DNA of 64,000 nucleotides from Lama guanicoe. Taxonomy: Eukaryota. Both the position numbers and the translations under genes were made by a program. This document shows, piece by piece, positions 1-9,722 of the stretch; position 1 is the stretch's first letter, and every line of letters starts with the position of its first letter. The stretch spans positions 62,001 through 126,000 of the forward strand of contig MU053556.1 in the NCBI GenBank assembly GCA_013239625.1, in the 5' to 3' direction. Below the pieces are notes generated by a model. That model saw nothing but the letters and a program-made list of their open reading frames with translations, had not been told where the DNA came from and did not search any database.

Positions 1-142
1 CAGCCCGCTGAAGAGTCTTCTCTGCCTCCTGGGTCAATTTCTTGAGTTGTCCCCATATTGGAGTTTGAGCTTCTCGAGTCGCAAAAGTGAAGGTTGTCTG
101 CATCGAGAGCTCTCGGAATTGTCTTACGAACGGATCGCTCAT
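1..142 (-). pseudogene. env: env N-terminal signal-peptide region (frameshifted)
   Basis: ATG at 142 reads MSDPFVRQFRELSMQTTFTFATREAQTPIW, then after a 1-nt shift GQLKKLTQEAEKTLQRA. Resembles the PTW(A/G)QLKKLTQ motif of HERV-K-type Env/Rec leaders. Confidence 0.7.
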
Positions 143-2677
143 ATTGTCGTTTTATCAAGCGAGTAGGCACCCAAAAAGAAGACTGATCTGTAGAGATAAA
201 AGCATAACCCCATCCCTGATAACACAATTTTACAGGAATCCAACCCTTATCAGGATCTTTATACCAAGAATCTTGTTTAGGATGCTTGCCCATGAAGTGA
301 TCAGAATTTGTATCAAAATGCATTTTTGCCGCAGATCGGTCAGCTGAAGACCAAACATTCAAAAAATTTAGTGTTGAAAGTGTATGAGGTAATATATTAG
401 CAGGGGTTTCACTGTATTCTTTACTCATATCCCCCTTTTTTATTTTTTGCAAATAATCTCCCAAGTTTCGACTGGCCCGTTCAATGATGGCCTGACCTTG
501 ACTATTATAATGAATGCCAAAGGTGTGTACAATATGATGTTTAGAGAGGAATTTATGTAATTTTATAGACTGATAAGCAAGAGCATTATCAGTTTTGAGT
601 TCTTTAGGTACACCCATTATTGCAAAACAAGCTAATAGATGAGTGATGACAGTGTCAGCTTTCTCTGATGATAAGGCTGTAGCCCACTGAAAATGAGAAA
701 ATGTGTCAACAGTATGATGTACATATTTAAGGCGTCCAAAAGAAGGTACAATAAACACATCCATCTGCCAAATTTCATTAGTAGTACATCCTCGGGGGTT
801 AACACCTGAAGGAAGAAGGGGTAAAGAAAAAGGGGCACAAGAAGGACAGGTCCGAACTATATTTTGAGCTTGCTTTCAAGTTATTGAATGCCTACTGATA
901 AGTCCTCGAGCATTCGTATGATGAGCTTGATGTTCTGCTTCTGCAGCTTGAAGAGGAAATAATAAAGAATCTATTAATTGATTACCTTTAGCTAAAGGAA
1001 CAGGTAACATAGAGTGAGCTCTTATATGACAGATATATACTGCATGTTGACGTTGAAGCAATACTTGTTGCACCTGGGAAAAAAGTTTATCAATAGAAGT
1101 TTTTAAAAACAAGGGAAGATCCACTTCTGGAAGCAAGGAACATGACAATGTTGCATATTTAGAATCAGAAACAATGTTAATAGGTTCTGAAGAAAGTCTT
1201 GTAAAGCTAACAAGATTGCCCATAATTCAGCTAGTTGTACAGATGAGAAAGAATGTGCTAAGATTTTTTTTGTCGGCCTTCTGTCCAGTATCCTGCAGAA
1301 GTTTTGTTAGCATCTGTAAAAATGATCATACCTGAAACAGGAGCAGGAGAAATCACTTTAGAAATTATAACAGGTGTCTGTCGAAGAAAATGAAAATGTT
1401 TAGAATGAGGATAATGATTAGACAGTTGTCCAGGAAATTCTGATAAGGCCAAATGCCATTCTTCATTAAATTGAAGACTTCTTGAAATCTGCACTTGTGT
1501 TAATTGAGTAATAATTTCATTAGGTTCTTTCCCGGTTAATTGAAGAACTCCTTTTCTTCCTTTGGCAATCAATAAAGCAATTTTTTCCAAGTATATACTT
1601 AATTTTTTATTAACTCTATTAGGAAGAAAAAGCCATTCGATAATGGCAGCATTTTGAGAGACTACTCCAGTAGGAGTATGAGGAGTATGAAAAATGATCA
1701 ATTGTATTGGTTTTTGTAAGTCAACATATGATAAATATCCAGTATTAATTTGTTGCTCGACATACATAAGCTCTTCTATATCCTGGGGCGTAAGTGTTCG
1801 TGGACTATCGAGAGCTTTGTCTCCTTCTAGAGTTCCAAATAAATGACGTAGCTGATAAGTGGAAATACCAATTGATGGTCTGAGCCAATTAATATCTCCT
1901 AATAATTTTTGAAAATCATTAAGGGTTTTTAATTGATCTTTACGAATTTGAATTTTCTGAGGTCTTATACGAGTTCTTTCCAATATAGATCATAAATATG
2001 AGTAGGGAAAATCTTCTTGGACCTTTTCAGGTGCCACACACAACCCAAAATTCGACAATGGTATTAAAACATTTTTATAAATCTGTAATTTTGATTCTTT
2101 CGTGGGGGCAGCTATCAATAAATCATCCATATAGTGATATAAAAGTTATTGAAGAAATGATTGTTGTACAGGTTCTAAGGCTCGAGCCACAAATTCCTGA
2201 CATAAAGTAGGACTATTAACCATTCCTTGTGGTAACACAGTCCATTGATAGCTCTTAACACGTTGACTATGATTATATGTAGGAGCAGTGAAAGCAAATT
2301 TTGCTTTATCTTCTGGTTGTAAAGGAATGGTAAAAAAACAATCTTTTAAATCTATCACCATAACACTCCATCCTTGAGGAATCATAGCAGGAGAGGGGAG
2401 ACCTAATTGCAGTCCTCCCATAGGTTCTATACATTTATTTACTTCACGTAAGTCTATTAAATGTCTCCACTTTTCAGATTGTTTTTTTTAATAACAAACA
2501 CAAGAGAATTCCAAAGAGATGTAGAAGGTTCAATGTGACCAACAGATAATTGTTCAGCCATTAATTGTTCTAAAGCCTCGAGCTTAAATGTAGGGAGTGG
2601 CCACTGCTCAGTCCATTTAGGTTTTGTAATAATCCGTTTTAAAGGGAGTGCTCGAGGACACTGAGCAGTGGCTATTA
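100..2677 (-). pseudogene. pol: pol (RT-RNaseH-integrase), frameshifted; 3' end approximate
   Basis: ORF fragments 2146-2421 ([16 protein letters not shown]), YHYMDD near 2120-2140, 1258-1983 (TLNDFQKLLGDINW, FTDA), 876-1223 (SDSKY, HIRAHS, HQAHHTN). Integrase WQMDV, KTDNA and GQAIIER motifs at ~480-770. Confidence 0.95.
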
Positions 2678-3490
2678 GTTTTCCGGCAGAAAAGACAAGG
2701 TTACACCCAGTTTTGTCAAAATATCTCTGCCCCAGATATTAATGGGTATATTTACAATGTAAAAAAATGTTGTAATTACAGTTCCCCCTGGTGTTTGGAC
2801 TGATAATGGAGAAATACTCTTCCATACATTAGAGACAGTTCCAAGTCCAGATAAGGAAAGGGAACATTTTTGTTTTTCCCAATCAGCAGGCCATTGTAAT
2901 AAAGAAATTACAGAAACATCTGCTCCAGTATCTACAAGACCTTCAAAAGGCTTTTGATTTACTGGTAAGGTAAGAGAAGGGCGAGAACCCTTAATAAGCG
3001 TTTCCCAATAAATTTCTCTTCCTGTACTACCAAATCCTCCAGTACGTTCTTTACCCGTACTATCAAAAGGAATATAAGGGAGTAGCAACAGTTGGGCAAT
3101 TCTCTCTCTTGCAATCAAGGAAATAGTTTTAGATGTTTTTACTGCAATAAGAATTTCTCCTCTATAATGAGGGTCAATTATTCCAGGGAAGACAGTTAAT
3201 CCCCTGAAGGCAGCACTACTTCGGCCAAGAAGGAGACCAAAAGTGCCTTGGAGCATAGGGCCAAATATATTCGTTTTTAATCTATAAATTCCTGTATCAG
3301 GAGAGAGAGTTACACATTCGGCAATTGGAAGATCAGCGGCAGCACTACCTTGTGTAGCAGCCTTTTAATCAGAGATAACTAAGTGAGGGCTTTTTGAGGA
3401 GAGTCGGGAGTCGTGGATTGAGGTATTGTAGGGTTGATAGTCCTCGGTATTGTTGTAGGGCCCCAAGGACTCAGGCCCTCTGAGAAGTTT
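2675..3490 (-). pseudogene. pro: pro: dUTPase plus aspartyl protease; one premature TAA at 3365-3367
   Basis: GSAAADL, GRSS, GIID and RTGGFGSTG (dUTPase motifs), then LVDTGAD and IWGRDIL (protease). Ends LPEN* with no G-patch. Confidence 0.95.
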
Positions 3491-5179
3491 CCCTGTTGAC
3501 GTGGGGGAAGAGGGTTTCCATCTTTGTCATTACGAGATCTACACTCATTGGTCCAATGTTTCCCTTTTCCACATCTACGACAGGGTCCAGAAGGTTGTTA
3601 CTTAGGTATAACAGGAGAAATTTCTGTAGGCTTATTACGTTTACGACATTCTTTTTGGAAATGCCCTGCTTTTCTGCAATTAAAACAGGTACCCTTTCGT
3701 TGGGGTTTTAAAGCAGTCACCATTGCAGTGGCAAACACATTAGCTTGATGTTCAACTCCTCCAATACCTGAACATGCTCGTACATATTCAGCTATATTTG
3801 CTCCCTGTCCCCTTAAGGGATCCAAAATACGTTTACATTCAGAATTAGCATTTTCATATCCTAAGGTTTGTAACAGAATTTGAGATATCTGGTCTTTTCC
3901 TATGGCTCTCTCAACTGCCACTATTAAACGAGCCAAAATGTCTGCATATGGCTCAGTAGCTCCCTGCATAATTTTAACAAATGACGGTTGAGAATGACCC
4001 GTAGGAACAACTCCTCTCCAAGCTCTCAAAAAAACCTGTCTGACCTGTTGTAAATCTTGATCAGTATATTGAGCCTGAGCTTGTAAAGATCGAAAAGGAC
4101 CATCTCCCATTAATTTCTCCTCTAATGGTCCAGGAGGCTGTTGCGTCTGATTTATACGAGCCTGTTTTCGAGCTTCCTCCTCCCACCATTGTGAAGTTGC
4201 AGCCATTGGGAACCCTCAAGTACAGCTTGCGCAATGGCCTCCCAGTCCATAGGTAAAAGTAACTTAGCCATTCCAACAGTTTCCATCATGGTTAACACAA
4301 AAGGGGACTGTGGCCCATATTAAGCCACTGCAGATTTTAAATCCTTAAAAAAATTATATTCCATAGGCATATAATTTATATTTAACATTCCGGGAGGTCC
4401 GGGTTGCCGAGTTATTGGAAAAAGCTGTGGAGGATCAATAAAGCCACCAGGTGGCGCTGGAAGAAAATCATCATCATCATCATAAAACATAGTGGCTGGA
4501 AAAGTAAAACGTCTATTTTCTCGGCCCACATCCACATTGGACACGTGGGGTTTCTCTATGGGAAAGAGGGAAGCATACGAAGTGGTGATAGGATTCACAG
4601 GCACGGTAGAGACTTTCCTTGAATCCGTTTTTTCCTGTACTTTATTCATCATTTTGTGAAGCATTTCAGTCATAGTAAAAACTAATTTATCCAATTCTTC
4701 ATCCCCCTTTTTCGCTCCTTTTCCCCTGTTTCCTTCCTCCTCTTCCTCCTCACTACTAGAAACAGAACAATCACCTGGAGGTTTAGGAGGAGGCTCCGGG
4801 GGGGGGGGGAATATTTCTCTTGGCTTTTCCCTTCTGAAGGTAATGGCACATCCTCATAAGGAGCTTCAACAGGAGGAGAGTTAGCTTCACTATCTGTCTC
4901 AAACAATTCTAAAGCTTGTGTTATAGCACTACAAAGCGTCCATAATCGCAAAGACATTACATTTCCTTTCTGATGCTGCTTCTTTAATTCTTTTTGAACC
5001 TGTTTCCATTCCCTTAAATTTAATTGAACTTGAGTCTGATGCCGAAACCAATAACAATGCCGTTCAATATGCTCAAACATTTCACTTAACCGCTTTGAAG
5101 CAGCTTTAACTCCTACTGATTGTAACAGACCTTGTATCAGGTCCAAATATTGAGTTTCCAAGGAATTAGAATTCCCCAT
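3379..5179 (-). pseudogene. gag: gag (MA-CA-NC), frameshifted
   Basis: Myristoylation-type start MGNSNS at 5179; MHR-like QGATEPYADI; knuckles CFNCRKAGHFQKEC and [14 protein letters not shown]. Broken into ORFs 4682-5179, 4320-4694 and 3598-4206; natural stop TAG at 3379-3381. Confidence 0.95.
3439..3493 (-). promoter_or_regulatory. gag-pro -1 ribosomal frameshift signal (slippery heptamer plus H-type pseudoknot)
   Basis: Minus strand reads GGGAAAC-TTCTCAG-AGGGCC-TG-AGTCCTT-GG-GGCCCT-ACAACAATACC-GAGGACT. Stem 1 AGGGCC/GGCCCT, stem 2 AGTCCTT/GAGGACT, 7-nt spacer. Confidence 0.85.
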
Positions 5180-5244
5180 TTTAATCCCGAAAGTCCCCCT
5201 TTCTATTTTCCGGGGTGCTTACAGTACCTTTTCGGTTCTGTCGG

Positions 5245-5262
5245 GCCCCACGTTGGGCGCCA
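5245..5262 (-). promoter_or_regulatory. Primer binding site for tRNA-Lys(CUU)
   Basis: Minus strand TGGCGCCCAACGTGGGGC, the 18-nt Lys1,2 PBS, 2 nt after the LTR end ...GGCAACA. Confidence 0.95.
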
Positions 5263-5264
5263 CA

Positions 5265-5427
5265 TGTTGCCGATGAAATGAAACACAGACCTGCTGCGTT
5301 GCCATTTAAGAGTGTGTTTAGACCATTTTTCTAAAAACTGACCATGATCGGGACTCCAATCAACAATAATGTCACGAGTATAATTAGTAGTATAGTTATA
5401 TACAAGTTTAGGTTTATAATCTCTGCA
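5265..5427 (-). mobile_element. 5' LTR of the betaretrovirus-like provirus, unusually short (163 bp)
   Basis: Minus strand TGCAGAG...GGCAACA (TG..CA). Bounded by the PBS on one side and by the start of homology to 58104 on the other. Confidence 0.75.
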
Positions 5428-6279
5428 GGTATATACATAACATATGGTATAAAATAAAATCCTTTTATTTAATGTGTGGGACTTTGCTGCTGTCGGGAAC
5501 AGCTATGTTGGCCTGGTCTCAGTGGAGGACAGTAGGGGTCAGCAGAGCGTGCGGGAGGGCAGGCTGACTACCTTGCTTCTGCAGGGGGTTCTCCACAGCA
5601 AGGCACTCTGTTGAGTTTACTCTTCTCTAAGTTTGGTCTGAGAAGACAGCAAAGTAATGAGTTCTGGTGGGATTGTATAATGACGGGAAGAAAGAGGAAC
5701 CCGTAGTTTTCGGGACTAGAACACGCTTTTGGTTCCTGATCCAGTGTGTTCCATTACAGAATTGATGAGTTGTGTCTATTCTGGGACTTGATTGAAATAA
5801 ACGTTCAGCTTAAAAGTTAAGAGTTATGTTTTATTTGGCGGGAGGACTCGAGACTGGATGAAAGCCTCTCAGATCGCTCTGAGGGACTGCTACAAAGAGG
5901 TAGGGAAGGAGCTGGGATATATAGGAGCTTTACAACAAAGACCAGGTAGTTGGAACAATAAAACTTTGCTTGTTATCTAAAGAAATCCAGGTATCTCAAG
6001 TTCAAGAATTTAGTGCTTTTCTATGTATGGGAGGAAGCAAACATTTGGACTCAATGAATTCATTCTTTAGACAAGCACTTAGCTATCTAGGGCCAGTTTC
6101 CTGTCCTTTTTTATTCTGAGTCTGCTCAGAGGGCACCATGGTGAGTGGCTGCAGAGGCTGGGTTGCAGGCCTGTCCTTGCTGGGGTGTGTTGGCAGCCGC
6201 TGATGACTTGGTTTCAGCATTCTTTGTTTACTGACATGTTTGCAGTATTTTCATTCACGTTGTAGTATTTTCGTTCACA
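5428..6279 (+). repeat. Segmental duplication copy A (paralog of 58104-58958)
   Basis: Colinear with 58104-58958 over ~360 bp of non-LTR flank plus the whole LTR; roughly 85-92% identity judged by eye. Confidence 0.95.
5789..6279 (-). mobile_element. Solo LTR, ERV1-type, same family and site as the LTR at 58470-58958
   Basis: TG...CA ends; perfect 4-bp TSD GACT (5785-5788 and 6280-6283); minus-strand TATA-like element near 5918-5923 and AATAAA at 5830-5835. Confidence 0.92.
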
Positions 6280-7609
6280 GACTGATTATGGATAATCTGC
6301 AAACTTGGAAAGCAACCGAGATCGAATTACTGCAGGTACCTTCTACTTTAATAAGCCATGTGCAAACATAAACATGGAGGAAGCATACAAAAGGATTTGG
6401 TGATGTAGGGAAGGGTTTCTGCACATTACAGGAAAAGGCAAGGCAGAATTCCTCTCCTTTGTAGGCAGGGTCGTGAGTCCACCTTTCGTTTCTCTAGTGG
6501 TTTCTGAGAACAATTTAGGGTAATTAACCAACATTGACAAACGGTGGAACACAATGCATTTAAGAGCTGGCCGGCTGAAAATTGTGTATTGGACAGGTGG
6601 ATTTCATACGCAAGTGGTCAGGTGGATGGGAGAGAGATGGAGCCCAGACCTGGGCCCACATTCAGGTTTAAACCGCCATTTTCTCACCATTGGGCCTTGG
6701 ACTAGAATGTAACCTCTTTTAACCTGTTGGTGAATCTGTGAAATGGGCATGATAATATTCGTTTCTTCCTGGGATTGTTGTAAGTTGTAAAGAGTATTAT
6801 AGCACACATGAAGCACTTAACACACTGGCACTTAGCAGTGTTCACTGTGTGCGGCCGCCCCGCTTGGCGTGTGTCAGAGCCGCAAAGGCAGCATTTGTCT
6901 GTTGAGGGCGCACTGGTAGCCCCTTGAATTAGTTGTGAATTTGGTGATTTCCTTTAATCCTTGTAACTCTGTGTGCCATGGGCAGTTCTTTTCATGGACA
7001 GATGAGGAATCTCAGGGTAAAGAAGACTGTGTAACTTGCCCAAACTCAGACCATAATTTTGGGTACAGGGGCCTCGATTTAGCATGGGCCCTTGGGCCTT
7101 CTACCCTCTTCGTTCAGCACTAGAGCCAGATGTGGGGTCGGCTGTCACCCAGCACAGAATATCCAGCAGGCAGCAAGACACATCTGGCCCTGTGCTGCTT
7201 GAGCAAAAGCCCCGGAGGGGAGGCAGGTTCTAAAGGGATAAACATAAAAACAGACGACTGCAAACTGTGATCAGCTCTGAGAAGGAAAGGAACACGCCTC
7301 GCCGTGCAGAGCTGGGAGATTTCCCGTCGGGGCTGCTCTGGGGGCGTTCATCTCAGCTAAACAAGCTCTGCTGCTGCACCAAGGCAGGAAGGAAGGGCAC
7401 GTGTGACCAGCTAGACTGGGCCTCGTTGATCATAATCATTCCCCATTAAGCGGCAGCTCTCACGGGCACTTACCTAGTAAACAGATGTCGGCCATAATCA
7501 TCACGCATTTTGCTTGGTAGTTTTATTGGCCCCACCTTTGAGATTAGGTAATTGAAGCTGGGGAGTTTGCTGCATGCCCGTGATCACCTTGGAAATACCC
7601 CCACTGCTC

Positions 7610-8938
7610 TTTCATTTTCATATTCTTTTTAAACATAAGTTACTATAAGATATTAAATACGTTTTCCTGTGCTATACAGTATAAATTTGCTGTTTATTCT
7701 ATACATAGTCGATATCTGCAAGTCTTGAACTCCCAATTTATTCCTTCCCATACCCTCTCCCCTCTGGTAACAATAGTTTGGTTTCTATGTCTCTGTGTCT
7801 GTTTCTGTTCTGTAGATAAATTTATCGTTTTATTTGTTGGTTGTTTTTTTTTTAGATTCCACATGTGAGCGATCTCATATGGTATTTTTCTTTCTCTTTC
7901 TGGCTTACTTCACTTAGAATGTCATTCTCCAGGTCCATTCATGTTGCTGCAAATGGCATTAATTTATTATTTTTTATGGATGAATAGTAGTCTAATGTAC
8001 AAATATACTACAATTCCAGTTATAGTGGACATTTAGGTTATTTCCATGTCTTGCTATTGTAAATAGTGCTGCTCTGAAAATTGGGTTGTAGGTGTCTTTT
8101 TGAATTAGGGTTCCTTCTGGATATATGCCCAGGAGTGGGATTGCTGTGTCATATGGGAGGTCAATGTTTTGTCTTTTGAGGAACCTCTATACTGTTTTCC
8201 ACAAGGGCTTCACCAAACTGCATTCTCACCACCCTGTAGGAGCGTTCCCTTTTTCCACAGCCTCTGCAGCATTTATTGTTTGTGAACTTCTGCATGCTGG
8301 CTATTCTGACTGGTGAGAGGTGATATTTGATTGCAGTTTTGATTTACATTTCTCTGATAATGATATTGAACATTTTTTCATGTGCCTATTGGCCATTTGT
8401 ATGTTTTCATTGGAGAAATGTTTGTTTAAGTCTTCTGCCCATTTTTGGATTGAATCGTTTGTTTTTCCTTCTAATCAAGTGTAAAAGCTGTTTACATATT
8501 CTGGGAATTAAGCCCTTGTCAGTTTCATTCATTGCAAATATTTTCTTCCATTCCATAGGCTGTCTTTTTGTTTTGCTTACTGTTTCCTTTGCTGTTCAAA
8601 AGCTTGTAAGTTTAATTAGATCCCACTTATATATATTTGCTTGTATTTCTATTGCTTGAGTAGACTGCTCTAGGAGAACATTGCTGAGATGTATGTCAGA
8701 TGAATTGCCTATGTTTTCTTCTAAGAGGTTTATAGCATCTTATCTACATGTTAAAGTCTTTAAGCCATTTTGAATTTATTTTTGTGTATGCTGTGAGGGA
8801 GTTGTCTAACTTCATTGATTTACATGCAGCTGTCCAGTTTTCCCTACACCATTTGCTGAAAAGTCTATCTTTACTCTATTGTATGTTCTCACCTCCTATG
8901 TCAAAGATTCAAAGACCAAAAGTTTATGGGACTATTCT
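7610..8938 (-). mobile_element. 5'-truncated LINE-1 (ORF2 C-terminus plus 3' UTR)
   Basis: Clearly similar to, but more decayed than, the L1 at 20905-22139. Confidence 0.9.
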
Positions 8939-9067
8939 TGGTAATTTTGTTTATCCATTCATTGATGGATGGATATTTTTAGTGACTTTTAGCTACTCTG
9001 AATGATACTGCTATGAATATTGATGTGCAAGTTTTTGTGAGAATACATTTCCATTCTGTTGGCTGTA

Positions 9068-9207
9068 CAGTTGGCCCACCATATCTGTAGTTTCCACTTC
9101 ATGGATCTAGATGGCTGATTGTAAAGAGACTCGAGCATCCTTGGATTATGGTATCCAGGGTGGGGGGTTCCTGAATCCAACCCCCCGAGGATACTGAAGG
9201 ATGACTC
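9068..9207 (-). mobile_element. MER2/Tigger-like non-autonomous DNA transposon, internally deleted
   Basis: Imperfect terminal inverted repeats (cagttggcccaccatatc ... gatactgaaggatgactc), TA at 9066-9067; both ends resemble the recalled MER2 termini. Confidence 0.65.
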
Positions 9208-9629
9208 AATATGTAGGAGTGGAATTGCTGAGCCATATAACTCTAACCTTTTGAGGAAACACCAGACTTCTGCAAAGAAGCTGCACCATTGTCCCTTTCC
9301 AATGGCCACATATAAGGTATCTCTTCCTCCTGAACGACAATTGTTATTGTCCATGTTTGATTATAACCATCCTATTGGGTGTAAAATGAGGTTGCATTTT
9401 GATATTGATTTGGCTAGTGATGCTGAGCATCTTTTCATATGCTTATTGGTCATTTGTGTATCTATTTAAATCCTTGGCAAATTTAAAAATTGGGTCGATT
9501 TTCTTTGTATTGTTCAGTTGTAAGCATTTGCTATGTATCCTGGATACTAGTCTCTTATTAGATATATGCTTTGCAAAATTTTTCTCCTATTCTGCAGATT
9601 GTCCTTTCACTTTAGTTTTCTTAAATATT

Positions 9630-9722
9630 AAAACAATTTCTTTATAGGGGAGGTAATTAGATGTATTGATTTATTTTATTTTTCTTGCTAAGCACGCACT
9701 CTATCACTTGAGATAATCCCTT
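9630..9722 (-). mobile_element. Degenerate tRNA-derived SINE fragment
   Basis: Shares gaggtaattag and tgctaagcacgcactct with the SINE at 22205-22349. Confidence 0.6.

Larger units (their letters stand above)
1..5427 (-). mobile_element. Class II (betaretrovirus-like) endogenous provirus, defective; runs off the left edge
   Basis: Minus-strand order LTR-PBS(Lys)-gag-dUTPase/pro-pol-env. Two gag CCHC knuckles, dUTPase inside pro, YMDD RT and separate gag/pro/pol frames are betaretroviral hallmarks. Multiple frameshifts and stops. Confidence 0.95.
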
